Positions 11,603 to 24,789 of a stretch of DNA of 62,036 nucleotides are shown one piece after another. The position numbers and the translations under genes were made by a program. This DNA comes from Fonticula alba ATCC 38817 (taxonomy: Eukaryota; Protista; Nucleariida). Position 1 is the first letter of the stretch; every line of letters starts with the position of its first letter. The stretch lies in the NCBI GenBank assembly GCA_000388065.2, contig KB932201.1. One strand, written 5' to 3'. The notes beneath the pieces are model-generated. The model ran no database searches and was not told the DNA's origin. It saw nothing but the letters and a program-made list of their open reading frames with translations.

Positions 11603-14600
11603 ATGTTGGCCAGACGCCGCTTTGCTGCTCTCGGCATCATCGTCCTCCTGTTCCTGGCCGGTGCGGCGATCATGATGTCCTTCTCAGGATCGCCAGGGCT
11701 GGACCTGGGGCCAGCATTCGCGCGTCACCCGGCCCCGGCGACCGCGGGCGATACTCCGCCGGTACGCGCATTCGCATGCCCCTTGGCCTGTGCTCACCCC
11801 TGCTGCCGCGACGCATGCGCCCTCCCTTTCCCCCTCTTTCTCCCTTCTTGCTCTCTCTCTCTCTCTCTCTCTCTCGCCTCCCCTTGAATGGTGATTCCTC
11901 TCTGACCACTGTTGCCCCCCCCCCCTTCCCCCCGCCCCCCCCCCCGCATAGCCTCGCTACGCCATCCTGATTGATGCCGGGTCCTCCGGCAGCCGGCTGA
12001 TGCTCTACCGGGCCACCTTCCGCGAGGGCGAGCGCCTACCACGCACGGAGATTGTCATGGCCCCGGCTTCGGCCTTCCTGGAGCCGGTGGCCACTTCGTC
12101 TCCGGCGCCGACCGGCGGCGGTGGAAGCCCCACCGGCATTGGCGGCCAGGCGGACGACCTCCGACCGGTCTTTCTCAAAGTGGAGCCCGGCATCTCATCC
12201 TTCGCCGGGGCGCCGGCGCGCGATGTCGAGGCTTACTTGGCTCGCCTGCTGGTCCCGGCCCTGCGCCACATTGAGCCTGAGGCTGTGAGCGAGACGACTA
12301 TCCAGTTTATGGTGCGTCTTGTGGACAATCCCCCCCCGCCCTTCTCCTCTCTCCCCCCCACCCCCCTGGGATCATCCCCTTGTCGGGCCTCTGCTAACGA
12401 CCGGCCTCTTTGTCTCTCCTCCGGTCACGCGGGCGACATGCGTCGAAAAAAAAAAAACAACAACAACACCCAAACAGGCCACTGCCGGGATGCGGCTCAT
12501 TCCGGATGAGCAGCGCGAAGGTATGTCCTCCTTTGCTTCCTGCCAACACCCTCCCCTCGGCCCCCACGGGCTTCTGACCTCGAGTTTTCTGTTGCCTCCT
12601 TTCCCCTTCCCTCGCCCCCCCCCCCCCCCCCCCCTCCCCAACAACCATCATGGGCACCGCCTGCCGGCACATTTCCAACAACTACGACTTCATCTTCGAC
12701 TGTGCGCAGGATGTGCGGGTCATCAGCGGCGAGGAGGAGGCCCTCTTCGGCTGGGTGGCCGGCAATTACATCCTCAATGCATTGACCGAGGTGGATGCGG
12801 TCCGGTCGACCCCGGCCGGCCCCGGTGCTGACCGGTCTCCGCCTCCGGGGTCCCACACGCATGGCAATGTCCGCCATGGTGATGGCACGACCATGGGCTT
12901 CCTGGACCTGGGTGGCGCATCGACGCAGATCGCCTTCGAAGTTGATCGGGATGTGCGTTTACCTCTTCTCTCTTCTCTCTTCTCTCTCGGTCCCTCCCCT
13001 CCCCCTGGCCCAAGCCAGCCGAGACACCAACCCCATTGTCTGTCCGCCTCGTTGCCCGGAGCAGCTCGCCAAGCACCCGGGTGTGCGCCTGGTCGATCTG
13101 TCCTTCGGCATGGATCCGCCACTGGAGTTCCACATCTACACTGCCTCGCATCTGGGCCTCGGCGCCAATGCCGCTCGTGACCGCTACATGGCCGGGCTCG
13201 TCTCGGCGGCCGCCTCACGGGCTCTCGAGGCTGACCTCAATCCGGGCTTCGATCCGGAGTGGCCACAGGCACGCATGGGCAACCACCCGCACGCCGAAGT
13301 CCCCTCCGGCTTCACGGTCACCGACGCGTGTCTGCTGCGCGGTGCGTCTGAAGCCTCGGCTCGTTGTTCACCTGCTCGGGCTTGCTGACTGACCTTTCCT
13401 CCTCTCCCTGCCCTTCCTGGCTACATGTATGTATTTATGTATGCGCATTTTTACGGCTATATATATATATGTATGTGCGTTTAAATGTGTATGCACACAT
13501 GCACATCCAGGCTTTTCCACGCAAGACAAGCATGGCAACACCTTCGAGGGTGCCGGTAGCCTGGACCAGTGCCTGCGCACCATCATCCAGCAGGACCTCA
13601 TCAACAAGGGAACCCCCTGCGCCGGGGCCACCGGTCCCGGTGGGGCATCCCTCTCTCCGCGGTCCATCGCGGAGGGCCACTCGCTCGCCGAGCCTGGGTC
13701 TCCCTCCCTGTCGGAATTGGAAGCCATGCTGGATGGCAACATGCACGGTTCGTCGTCGTCCTCGTCCTCCACCCCCTCTTCCTCCTCCTCGTCGGGCTTG
13801 TTTGGGCGCCTCTCGAGCACCGTCAGCGCGACGCTCCATTCCCTCCAACGGTCGGCCACCGGCCGCCATGGGGCTCGGAATGAGGAGGCCGATGTGGAGG
13901 AGCAGGAGGCCGAGGACACCGGCATTCGGTCGGTGGCCCAGGCCTCCGGCCGGCCGGACCGCCGGACCCCGGCGAGCGGGGTCATCACCAGCGCCGCCGA
14001 GCGCTTCTGCCGGTTCAATGGTGTCCTGCATCCGCCCTTCAACACCGGGCCCATGAGCTTCGTGGCGGTGTCGGAGTTCTGGTACACCATGTACGATGTC
14101 TTCGGCCTGAGTGGGGCCTACGATGCGGGGACTCTCTTCCAGCATACGCGGGCCTATTGCGCGCGGCACCACCAGGACGTCATGGCCGACCATGAGGCCG
14201 GTGTCTTCCCCCGGGCAGACCGCATGCGCATTGAGACCGAATGCTTCAAGAGTGCCTGGGTCATGTCCCTGCTGCATGATGGGTATGGCTTTGGACGGGG
14301 CAATGCCGGGCCCGGGGCCGGGGCCGACTGGCCTTGGGCCGAGGCCTCCGGTGCGCATTCCCCCGCCAACAGCCCGCTGGCCCGGCAACACACGGACTCC
14401 AGTGTGTATGTGGTGAATTCCGTGGCCGGGACCGAGGTCAGCTGGACGCTCGGCGCCCTGGTGCTCGGCCTGGCGGGGAGCTTCTCCCCGGCCGGCCCGG
14501 GTGCGGCGGGGGAAAACCGCGAGGTGGCGAGCCCGGGTGGCGGCATGACCCCGGCGTCCGGGCTGCTGCTGGGGGCCGGCCTGTCGCTGGTGGTGCTGGC

Positions 14601-15534
14601 TGGCCTGGTGGCCCTGGTGGGCCGGATGCGTCGGCCCTCGCTCAGTGCTCGCCGGCGCCGGTACCAGCGCCCGGGCAGTGGCCCGGTGCCGAGCGCCTCG
14701 CTCGATGGGGGGCTTCTGTCCTCGGCCGGAGGCGGTGGGGGCTCCTTCGTCAAGATGACCAGCCTGTCTGGCGGCCTGTCGCCCGGCCTCAGTGCCTCCT
14801 CGTCGTCGGCCTCGTCGGACCAGGCCTCACCGGCTGTCACATCGCCGCTGCTGATGCAGCCGATGGGCGGCGCTGGCGGGCTTCGGTCCGGGTCGGACTT
14901 CGCTCCGCACATGTATCCCCCGGTGACGGCGCCCGGCACCTTTGCCCTTTCCGGTGGCGGGCCCACCGGCGGACAGCCCGCCTCCCAGCACCATCCCTTC
15001 GCCCTGGCAGGAGCCGTGGCCATGCCCTCTTCCGGGCCCTCGTCCGCCGGGACACCCTTCGAGTCTCCGCCATTGGCCTCGGCCGGGACGATGGCCAGCG
15101 GTACTGGCACCGGCGCCGCCGGCCACCTCCTGCTCTATCCCTTGCAGGCGGCTCCGAATGGCGGCGGCCCCGCCGGGGGTAGCAGCGCTGGCACCACCCT
15201 GGCCGGGTCTTTTCCGGGCATGGGTCCGCCGGCGTCCGGTATGATGACCTTCCCGGCTGTGGGCCAGTCGCACTTTGTCCCCCCCGGGCCCGGAGGTCGT
15301 AGCATGAGTGCCGGCGGGGCGGCCATGCTTGCCGGCACCCCGCCACACACTTTCGCCACCATGGGCTCGCCCAACACCGTGGGGCTGGGCGGCTCGCCGG
15401 TCCCACTCGGGGCCAATGGCCCCGGCGGTTCTGGCGCCCCTCCGCATCACTTCCCCCCTCAGCAATACCCGGCATACCAGCCCCCGGGGTCGGGACAGGG
15501 CGGCCCACCTGGGCGTGGCCGGTCCTTCTCGTAG
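11603..15534 (+). CDS. GDA1/CD39-family NTPDase (apyrase), ENTPD4/7-Ynd1-like, with N- and C-terminal transmembrane segments
   Basis: All five apyrase conserved regions appear after splicing: YAILIDAGSSGSR, ATAGMR, ISGEEEALFGWVAGNY, LDLGGASTQIAFE and VSWTLGAL. N-terminal TM is FAALGIIVLLFLAGAAIMM and C-terminal TM is LLLGAGLSLVVLAGLVALVG. Exon 1 is 11603-11761; the acceptor lies before 11952. Confidence 0.93.
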
Positions 15535-16366
15535 AGAGGGCAAGGAGGGTGGGTGATGAGGGCCCCCCTTCGCGCTCCTCTCGCCCTCTTTGCATTTCTC
15601 CCGGGCTTCTTTTCCCCTCTCCCCATCCATCGACTTGGGGGGGGGTAATGCGCCCCTCCCGTCGCCGCAGTGCCGCAGGGGAACCCGCAAATGGCGTCCC
15701 CACGTTCCCTCTCCTTTCTTTCTCCTTCTTTCCCTCTTTCTCCCTCTCTCTCTCTCTCTCCCGCCGCATGAGTGCGGTCTGACGGAGAGCCAGTGAGCCT
15801 GGGCACGCAAGGGGCCAGGGGGGAATTCCTCCCCAAGGGCCAAGCCATTCGAGAGACAAGCGAGACGGAAGAGCGCGCCCTCATGGGACATCGAGGAAAA
15901 GGGAGAGGACGCGCATTTGTCACTCCACTCCGCCGCGCATTCACACATACCACCATTGTACATTATTTTACCAAATACATCCCAAGCATGAAGAAGTCTC
16001 CTCCTTTGCTGCCAACGCAAACCGCCATCCGCCCAGCGCGGAAGCAAGGAGGCAACCCCAGAGAGAGGGAGAGAGGCAGAGGGAGAGAGAACATGCGTGG
16101 GTTCGAATGCACACGGAGACCACACGCGGGCATGCACGCACGCGATCGGGCACGATCTCTGCTGCGGCTTTTCGGCCAGGCCACCCAACACACAGCCGGC
16201 CACGGGCCAACTCCCAGCCACCCCCCTTTCGCCCGATGTCCCTGCTTGCTGGTGCTCGTGTTGCACCTTCCTCCCTCCCCCAACCGCCCACTCTGCGCCT
16301 GTCTGTGTCTGCTCCGACCCCTTAGCTGAGCACACACACACACACACACACACACAGTTATACACG

Positions 16367-18042
16367 ATGAGCCTCACGACGACCGGCTTGCTTGTCGGGC
16401 ACAAGCAGAGCGTCACCTTCCTGGCGGCCCTGGACCCGGTGGCCACCAATGCCGACCTGGCCTCGGGCTCGGCCGACGGGACGGCCCTTCTGTGGGACCT
16501 GCGCAAGCCCGGCGCAGTGGGATGTCTGGCCCCCGGGCGCGGGCCGATCGAGGCACTCACCAGCAGCCAGTCATCGATTGTCCTATCGGTGGCCGACGCG
16601 CCGGAAGCCATGCTGGAGTACGATGTCCGGATGCCCGATCGGCCGATGGTCCAGCGCATGCCCTCACGCGTCTTGGCCTCGGCCGAGGGCGCCCCCCGGC
16701 GCGGGGCCCCGGCTCCGAGCAAGAAGGCCCGGGCCGCGGCGGCCGCGGCTGCTCCCGTCGGCTCGACCGCCGCCCGGGTGACCGCCGCCGCGCTGTCTCC
16801 CTCCGGCCGGCGTCTGGTCATTGGCGACGCGGATGGCCGGGTGCGGACGGTTCTCTGGCCAGAGGCCGGTCCGGACGCAACCCTGCGCCCGGCTCCGACT
16901 GCCCGGCTTCCCGACACCCTGGCCCCGAGCGCGGTCCCCTGGCGTCCGCTTCCGAATGCCCACTCTTCGGTGTGTTCATCGTCCCTCATTTCGCCCCCTC
17001 TCCCCTCCCATGCTGGTCCCTCCTCGATGGCGGCGCATGCATGTTTGCCTGTTCTTCACTGACCCGAGCTGCCGGTTCCCCCTCTCCCCTTGGGCCGCCT
17101 GACGTTAGCTCATCAGCTGCATCACTTTCCGCCCGACGAAGCCGGATATCGGTGCGTTGGGTCCCCTCGATCTTGCCTTTCAGCTGGGGATTCCGCGCTT
17201 CCCTGGCCACAGCCATAACTCACTCGGCTCGCCCTCTCCATGCTCTCCTCCCTCCGCGTGGTAGTTTTCACCGGCGGCCTTGATTCCACCATCACCATGT
17301 GGGCATGTGCCACGCGAAACCCGCTCCATGTCTGGCCGATGCGTACGACCCTTTCCCCGGTTGCCTTTTCCCGCATACCGCCATGAGGCCCATCCCCTCC
17401 CCCCCCCCCCCCCCCCCCCCTTTGGGCCTTCCTTGCTCTTTCCATTTCCCTCCCCCCCCCCCTGGCATCCATTCGCTAACACACGGGGAAATAGCGGACC
17501 TCCTGGGGCCCGGGGTCTTTGCCAACCCGAGCGTCAACCCGCCTGTGGTCAATGACATGGTGTGCTCGACTGATGGGCGCTTCCTGCTGGCGGCCCTCGG
17601 CAGTGGGGCCACGGCCGTCGTGGACTTGACGCCCTTCGAGGATGGCGCCGGGCCGGATGCTCCCTACGAGACCCCCTGTGTGGCTGGCCTTGTCGGGCAC
17701 TCGTACAGTGTCAATTGTGTGGAGCTGGTCCCGCGTGGCGGCGGCAACGACCCCTCGGACTTCCTCATTGTGACCGCCTCGAATGATCGATCCTTGGCCG
17801 TGTGGCCGATCGGCCCGGCGGCGGCGCTTGCTTCGGACGGTGCACCGGCCGGCGCGTGCCAGGGCCCCGACAGCCAGATTGACAGCCGCCCCACCCTCTC
17901 GGCTCTGCCCTTCAGCCCGAATGCCTTGCTGGCAACCGGCGGCGGTGCTCGGCATCCCGGGTCTGGGGCTCGGCGCCCGGCCGGCGAATTTGTCCTCGCC
18001 GGTGCTGACACATTCATTCCGATCTTCCGCCTGGCCGAGTAG
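16367..18042 (+). CDS. WD40-repeat protein, WDR53-like
   Basis: WD motifs GHKQSVTFL..LASGSADGTALLWDLR and GHSYSVNCVEL..IVTASNDRSLAVWPI. AHSSVCSS and NPPVVNDMVCS resemble WDR53 HSNICSSV and NPALAHSISV. At least two introns lie between about 16970 and 17490. Confidence 0.8.
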
Positions 18043-18119
18043 AGGCCTGGCCACATGTCTCACTTCACACCGATACATGGAAATGGGCAAGCAAACAAGC
18101 AAGAGAAAGGAATGGGGGC

Positions 18120-18480
18120 GTGGAGATGGGAGAGAGGGTGCCGATGGAGGAGGAGGGGGATCGAGAGAGGGCGAGAGGGGAAAGAGAGGGCGAGAGGGGA
18201 AAGAGAGGGCGAGAGGGGAAAGAGAGGGCGAGGGCGAGAGAGAGGAAAGAGAGGGCGAGAGCGAGAGAGGAAAGAGAGGGCGAGAGCGAGAGGGGAAAGA
18301 GAGGGCGAGAGAGAGAGAGAAAAAGAAAGAAAGAGAGCGAGAGAGAGCGAGAGCGAGAGAGAGAAAGAGAGAAACAAAGAGAGCGAGAGCAACAGCAAGA
18401 GCGAGAGCAACAGCAGGAACAAGAGCAACAGCAACACCAAGAGCAAGAGCAACAGCAAGAGCGAGAGAGAGAACCAGAAA
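18120..18480. repeat. Compound purine-rich tandem repeat (about 19-bp AAAGAGAGGGCGAGAGGGG units, then GAGCAA/CAGCAA units) between convergent genes
   Basis: Directly visible; lies between the WD40 stop (18042) and the orphan-gene stop (18577). Confidence 0.9.
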
Positions 18481-18576
18481 AAAAGAAGTTGTAAGTCTAT
18501 TGGTGGCTGCCATGCCACATGATCCAAATCGAAGACATCCGCGAGAAGGGAGGAGTAGACCCCGGGGCGAAGAGGA

Positions 18577-21500
18577 CTAGCCCTCGGCCGGGGCATACTT
18601 GCCAAGCACGGCAAGGATGTCGGCCAGCAAACCCGGCAGGGAGGGCGACTTGTCCTCGCCAATGCGCAGGCGCTTGCGCCGGGGCAATTCATCGGCCGGC
18701 GAGCCCGAATCGGGTGGTGTGAATGTGAAGTCCGATCCCGGGGCCTCGGCCGCGGGATCTGGGTGAGGGCGCTTGGGTGCCAGGCGACCAGGCCGACCGG
18801 GGCCCGGCAGGTCGCGGGCCACCAACAGCACCTGACGGATCAGACCTCGGAGCAACTGCTCCCCGGGATCACCGGGTGATGCTGCCTGGGGGGAGGCCGA
18901 AGCATCGCCCGGGGTCGAGGCGGGGACCGCGGCAGCCATGTCCAACTGTCGGCGGGACTCGGCGGCCGCCGCAGCTACATGGGCCGCCGACCAGGGGGAG
19001 CCCGGAGCCTGACCGGTGGTGCCGGTGGCGGCCGCCGCCGCCGCCGCCAGAGCCTCGAGGGCCCGGACCGCCGGGACCCTTGTCGAATCGGCCACCGCCA
19101 GCCGGGCCAGCACAGCAGGCAGACGATGGAGGTGCATCGGGTCGGCCGAGTCGCCCAAGAGCGTCAAGTGGCCAGCCGCCACGCCCATCAGGAGATCCGT
19201 CAGGGCCGGTAGAAGGAGACCCGGCTCCGGGCCATCGGCTGCCAGCGCCGCGGCAAGTGGCCCCACCAGGTCTCGCCCAACGGCCAAGGGCCCGGCCGAG
19301 GCCGCGCCACCCTTCGGCCAAGTGGCCAGCACCATGCGCAGACACGCCAGCCCGAGGGCCAGCCGTCCAAGCTGCGCCGGACCCCCGGCGGGCGCTTCGG
19401 CCAGGGCCAGTCGAACGGCCTCGGCCACGGGACCCCAGGCACCGGGGCCTTCCTTCGGAGCAAAGCCCACCAACAGGTGCTCCAAGCGACCAAGGACCCC
19501 GAGTGCCGACGAGGGCGAGCCAGGTGCGACAGGTGGAGCGGCCAATTCGGCCGCCGCCAGCAATGCCTCGGCCACCGGCGTGGGTGGGCCGTTTGGCGGT
19601 CGGCTCCCGGCCGACAGCAAGGCCGCCTGACTTCGGAGGAAGGCCCAGTAACCGGCCATTGTGACGGAGGTGGTCCGGTACTGGACGGCCCGGAGCCCGG
19701 CCAATTGGGTCAGATGCCCGGCCAACAGTGTGCCCACTGGGCCTGGAGGATCGGCCACCAGGGCTCGGCGACAGGAAACCCAAATGCCCGCGGCCAGGCG
19801 GGACACCGCACACCGAGACACGCATGCCGGGAGGCTGTCCAGTGTCCTGGGCGCCGGGAGGACAGCCCGCCAGAGAGTCTGGCAGAAGGCCAGCACACCG
19901 GCAAGCCCGCCGATCTCACCGGCGCGGAAGCCGATGACCACCATGGCCTCGGCCAAGCGCTGGCCAAGAGAACCGGCCTCCGGGCCATCCGACGAGGAGC
20001 GGAGCAGCCGACGAAAGAGCCGCTCATCGGCCTGGTGCATTTGCCGGGCCAGGCCGAGGATCCGGCCGAGGAGGACATGCTCCATCCCCTCGGGCCCGGG
20101 GGCGGTGGCAGTCAGCGGCAGCGCGGATTTCGGACCCGGCGACTGCAGGGCCAGGCCGAGGGTCAGATCGAGGGCCTGAAGCAGGCACAGGCCGGAGACC
20201 GGGCCAATCGGCAACAGGGCATTCAGATGCCGGGCCAGCGCCAGACCCCCGGAGGCCGATGCCCTGGAACACTCGGTCGCCGGGGAGAGGAGCTCGCGAA
20301 GGAAGCCCGGCAGCCAGCGCCCGAAGACAAGCAACTCGGCCAGCACGCGCTCCTCCCACAGGAGCTGTGCATGTGCGGCCGCATGCAGGCAGAAACCGTC
20401 CGACGAGCAGGCAGGTACCGAAGGCGGAGGAACGGAAGCGTCCGGGGCCGGGGCCGGGGCCGGGGCCGCCGAGGACAGCGCCTCGCAGGGCAGGGCCCCG
20501 GCCAGGGGCAGGACCCAGCAAATGGGTGCCGCTCGAGCCAGGCGGCCAAAGTGTCCCATCACCTCGGCCTCCGGTGGGAGGAGGTCGACCACGAGGGCAG
20601 CGATGCCCGAGGGCCGGCGGGCCCGTCGAGCCAGTGCAAGCAACTCCGCGCCCAATTGCCGGAGCATGGCCAGGGCTCGGAGGAAATTGGCTTGCTGGCG
20701 GGCGGCCGGCCGGAAGGGACCCGAGTCGGTCGGGGACCCATCACACCCGAGCAGCCCCTTGGACGCCCTCTCCAGGAGAAGAGTCGCCGGCTGGAGATAA
20801 TGCAGCAGGGTGGACCAGAGGCGATCGAGCAGGGCCCCGAGCAGATGCTCCGCCGCGGCGTCGGTGGCCGCATCCGGCACCCGACCGCCCGCCCGCCAGG
20901 CATCCAGACCGGCCAGCAGGAGCCCGGGAGTCTGCCACAGGAGCCCGGCCGAGGCCGGGTCTTTTTGGAAGAACCCGGCAGCGCGCTCGACAAAACCCAT
21001 CAGCCCGAGGCACAATCCAGCAGGGAATGCAGGCGCCGCACCACCGGGGAGGAGGCCGGCCAACAGGGCGTCCAGCATCCGGGAGCCCCGGGACAGGGCC
21101 GGATCGGGGGCCCGGTCGGCCATGAGGACCGTGCACTGGGCCACGTAGGCAGACCATGCGCCGAAAGCCTCGAGGCACTTTTGCAGCAGGCGATTCGAGT
21201 GGGCCATCAGCTGGATGACCGCCGGGGAGGGCCGGCCGGGAGCGGCAGCCAGGCCGGCCAAGGCCTGCTCCACCGCCCGGCGCAAATGCAACGCAGCCAG
21301 GCCTTGACACATGGCCACGGCATTGCCAACCCGCGCCAGGAGGGGGCCTGGCACATCCGGGGCATCTGGCGCCGGGAGCACGGTCGACAGGCCTTCGATG
21401 GTCAGCTGAAAGTGCCCGGTGCAGAGAAGCATGGCCACCGAGGGCCCATGCAGGCTGGGGCCTTCAAAGAGGTCGCCATGGCTGTTGCCGCACTGCAGCG

Positions 21501-22245
21501 CCGAACTCTCAAGGAGGCTTGCAAAGAGCGAGAGGCAGGCTGCGCGAAAGCTGTGATGCCTCAGTCAGTAAAGTGAGGAGAGGAGGAGGGAGAAGGGGCG
21601 GGTGGGGGGGNNNNNNNNNNNNNNNNNNNNNNNNNNNNNNNNNNNNNNNNNNNNNNNNNNNNNNNNNNNNNNNNNNNNNNNNNNNNNNNNNNNNNNNNNN
21701 NNNNNNNNNNNNNNNNNNNNNNNNNNNNNNNNNNNNNNNNNNNNNNNNNNNNNNNGGGGGGGGGGGGGGGGAAGGAGGGGGAAGGAGGCAGACAGGTGCA
21801 AAGAGACAGAGAGAGAGAGAGAGAGAAGGAGGGGGAAAAAGCCGGGGACCACGCACCGATCGGACAGACTACTCAACAGCAGGAGCGCACGAGCAACCAC
21901 CGAGAAAAGCCCCACCCAGTCGGCATGCTCCAGGGAGGGGGCCGGCGTCTGGGAAACCACGGCCTCGACCTCTGCCTGGAGGAGAGCCGGCAAACGGGCC
22001 GGATCCCCGACCAGCCGATCCGCCAGGTCAGATAGCCAGGCCAAGGCCAGATCCTCGGCCTGGGAGTCCAGGCCGGGGGGTGCTTTGATGTCCAGCGACT
22101 GCGAGGAGGCCGGGCTGCCACCGGCAGCGAGGGCCACCAGCAGGGCCTCCCCACTGCGCAGATGCGCCAGGATATCCGCGCCATCGGCTGGCGACCGCGG
22201 GTCGATCTCCTCAAGAGCACTTAAAATCAGGGCCACAATGCTCAT
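18577..22245 (-). CDS. Uncharacterised ~1120-aa Leu/Ala-rich helical (alpha-solenoid-like) protein with C-terminal NLS-like PRRKRLR
   Basis: Exon 22245-21857 (donor GTGCGT) joins in frame to exon 21550-18577 (branch TACTGAC, acceptor CACAG), giving an open frame of about 3.36 kb. An N-gap lies inside the intron. An acceptor just upstream of the ATG allows a further 5' exon. No family recognised with confidence. Confidence 0.75.
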
Positions 22246-22732
22246 CTTGCGCTGGGAGAAGGGAGGCGGGAAGAGTTCTCAGGAGACAGCGGGGTCGGTC
22301 GGGTGCATCGCAGGGGCAGGAATGGAGGCGAAGGGAGGCAGAGGGAGGGGGTGGCGACAGGCCAAGGGGGGAGCGACAATTTATGGAACAGGAGAAAAGG
22401 CGGGGGGGGNNNNNNNNNNGGGGAGAGAGCGATCTGGGAGCGGATCTCGGAAGGGGGATGTATTGGAAAACTATCCCCCCAAAAGGGGGGGAGGAGGAAA
22501 GGGGGGGTAAATATATGCCAGATGTGTGCGGAGAGAGGTGCATGCGCCGACGTGACTGTGGGTGGGGGTAGATGAGATGGGTGTGTGGTCCGCGCGAGGA
22601 CCGGCACGAGCGCATGCCCGTCTGCATGCCCCGGGTTGCGTCCACGACGAAAAGGGGCAACGATCGCGCGGAGGGCGGGCGAAAGGCCCCGAGGGACCAA
22701 GTGCCACCGGGCCCGGCCGCTGGTAGCGCTAC

Positions 22733-23201
22733 TCAATCGTGCTGGTGGATCTGCCAGCGGAAGGGGCAGGAGGGGCGGTCAGCGATGGTTCTATGGTTGG
22801 AGAATGTGCGACTCTTGACCCACGATTGGGCCGGGCGAATGCGCTTGCCGGTGGCCTTGAAAAGTACCTGTGCCTCGGTCTCGAGCCAGGCGCCCAAGTG
22901 GCCGAGTGACTGTGGGTCCAAGGACCAGGCACCATCGGGATGCGTGCCCTCGCCGCCGGGGGTGCCCGGCCCATCTGGGGCCAGCCCGCTGGGAACTGCG
23001 GGGTGCCCCTCGGGGAGCGGAGTCACCAGGACGTCCGGCATCGCGGTGTCCAGGTGCCACACGCGTAGACTGTCGGCCAAGTGGTCCACCTGCAGAGTGA
23101 CCGGGGTCGAGTCCGCGGCCTCGCTGGGATCGACGGCATCGCGGCGAATGGACGCCACTAGGTTGGTGCATGGGCGCGCGCGTGCGTGCGTGCGTGCGTG
23201 C

Positions 23202-23266
<65 letters not shown>

Positions 23267-24052
23267 TGCGTGCGTGTGTGCGTGCGTGCGTGCGTACGTG
23301 CGTGCGTGCGTGCGTGCGTGTGGGAGTGGGGGCATGGGGTCCCGCGGGGGAGACGGAGAAAGAAGGCCGGCGGAGGGACATGCCTCTTTGAAGTCAGCAA
23401 GGCAGGGCCCCACCAGGCGAAGAGGGAAATACCAAGGGCCAGGTGCGGAGGAGCAGTCAGTGCCACCGGGCAGATGCGCACCGAAGGCAAGTGGCCGAAG
23501 GCCGATTGTGGTGGATCGCAATCGCCGACCGCGCAGATAGATCTCCTGCTCGGGCAGGACCCCGGGTCCGGAGGAGGGGGCAGCCGGGGGGGCCTCCTCG
23601 GCCTGGCCGTCAGCGGCGGCCACGGCCGGGATGGCCAGCGCTGGGCCGGCCAGCTCGGCCGAGAAGTCGGCACCAGGCCCGAAGAGCGGATCAGCCACGC
23701 CGGCCCCGCCGGCGCCGCCCAGCGAACGAGGGAAAAGACGCGTGGCCTTTCGGGCGCCAGGCCCCCGGCGTCCGCTCGGCCCTGGCGATGCCCCGCCCAG
23801 GGGAACATACTGCGGGCGAGTCCACGGCCGGAAGAGCCCCGCATCGCCGGGCAGGGTCACGGCCGAGGCCAGTCGGAAGGGCAACACATCGACAGGGGCC
23901 AAGTGCGGATCGTGGCCAGAGCCCGGGCCGGCCGGGGGGCTGGGCGGCGGCGGCGGCGGCGACGGCGGCGGCGGCGGCGATCCCCCACCTAGAGATACCG
24001 GGCGCCGGAGGAGGAGCCGTCTCTCGCTGGACCGCGGGCCATCACCGGTCAT
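22733..24052 (-). CDS. RNASEH2C: Ribonuclease H2 subunit C (Rnh203)-like protein with low-complexity insertions
   Basis: Four ordered blocks match RNASEH2C: VDVLPFRL (HLLPCEV), [16 protein letters not shown] (EVSFRGRCLRGEEVAV), [13 protein letters not shown] (SRFTLWGLETIP) and [12 protein letters not shown] (ALTWPSLAAAI). Predicted intron 23481-23158 (GTGCGC..CTAG, phase 1). Confidence 0.65.
23175..23320. repeat. Compound (GC)n/(GCGT)n/(GT)n microsatellite in the RNASEH2C intron
   Basis: Directly visible alternating purine-pyrimidine tract of about 145 bp. Confidence 0.95.
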
Positions 24053-24789
24053 GCGCGCTTGCCGATCGCCGTGCTGGGGCCTTGTCAGAGAGAGGGAGAG
24101 GGAGGGAGAGAAGGAGGCAGGGAGGGGGCTCCGCGACAGAGAAACAACACCAGGGGCTCTGGCTGGGGGGGGGGGGGGGGCACCCACAAGGGAGGAGCTG
24201 GCTCGGCGGTGGATGGTGGGGCGGGAGGGGAAAGAGGGCCGGCGACCGAGGGCCGAGCGCGATGCAGGACAGGAGCAAGGGATCTGGGCAGAGGGGACGG
24301 GAGTACGGTCGTGGAGCTCCGCGGCCGCGAGGGCAACACCTGGCTATGAAAAATGCTCCCCCCCCCCCCCCCTGCCCCCTGGGCATCGCCAGGAGGGGCA
24401 GAGGGCCGGGAGACGGGCACCGGCGCCTGCCTACACCGGTACCAGGGTGGAAAAATGTTGGCTCGAGCCTGGACCTGCCAACTCATGGGCCGGCGTTAGG
24501 CACGTCGAAGCAACCGTCCTAGTTCGAGATCTCTCTGTCCGCGGGGGGGGGGGGGGCGAAGGGGCGCACCCAGCTTCGCCAGGCCGTTGCAATCGACCAG
24601 TGCACTTGTTGCGCACGTACGCCCAACGGCAGCAATATGAATGGGCCCGCGATGCCGGGCGTGGCGGCAGCCGCCCGCATCAGCCCCCTCCCCTGCCTCT
24701 CCTCCCCTTCCTTCCGGTTGCCAGCCTTCCTCCCCCTCCGCCTCCGTCCCCTGCCCCCCCCCCCTCCCCCCGATAGCGACGCAGCAGCC

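Noticed and set aside
18055-18522. ORFs encoding poly-ER/RE/SNSK peptides
   Set aside because: Translations of the GA-rich intergenic repeat with no splice or codon support.
23158-23481. Stop-free in-frame intron in RNASEH2C (possible retained-intron isoform with HART repeats)
   Set aside because: Many introns here are stop-free because of GC content; the encoded repeat is only a microsatellite translation.
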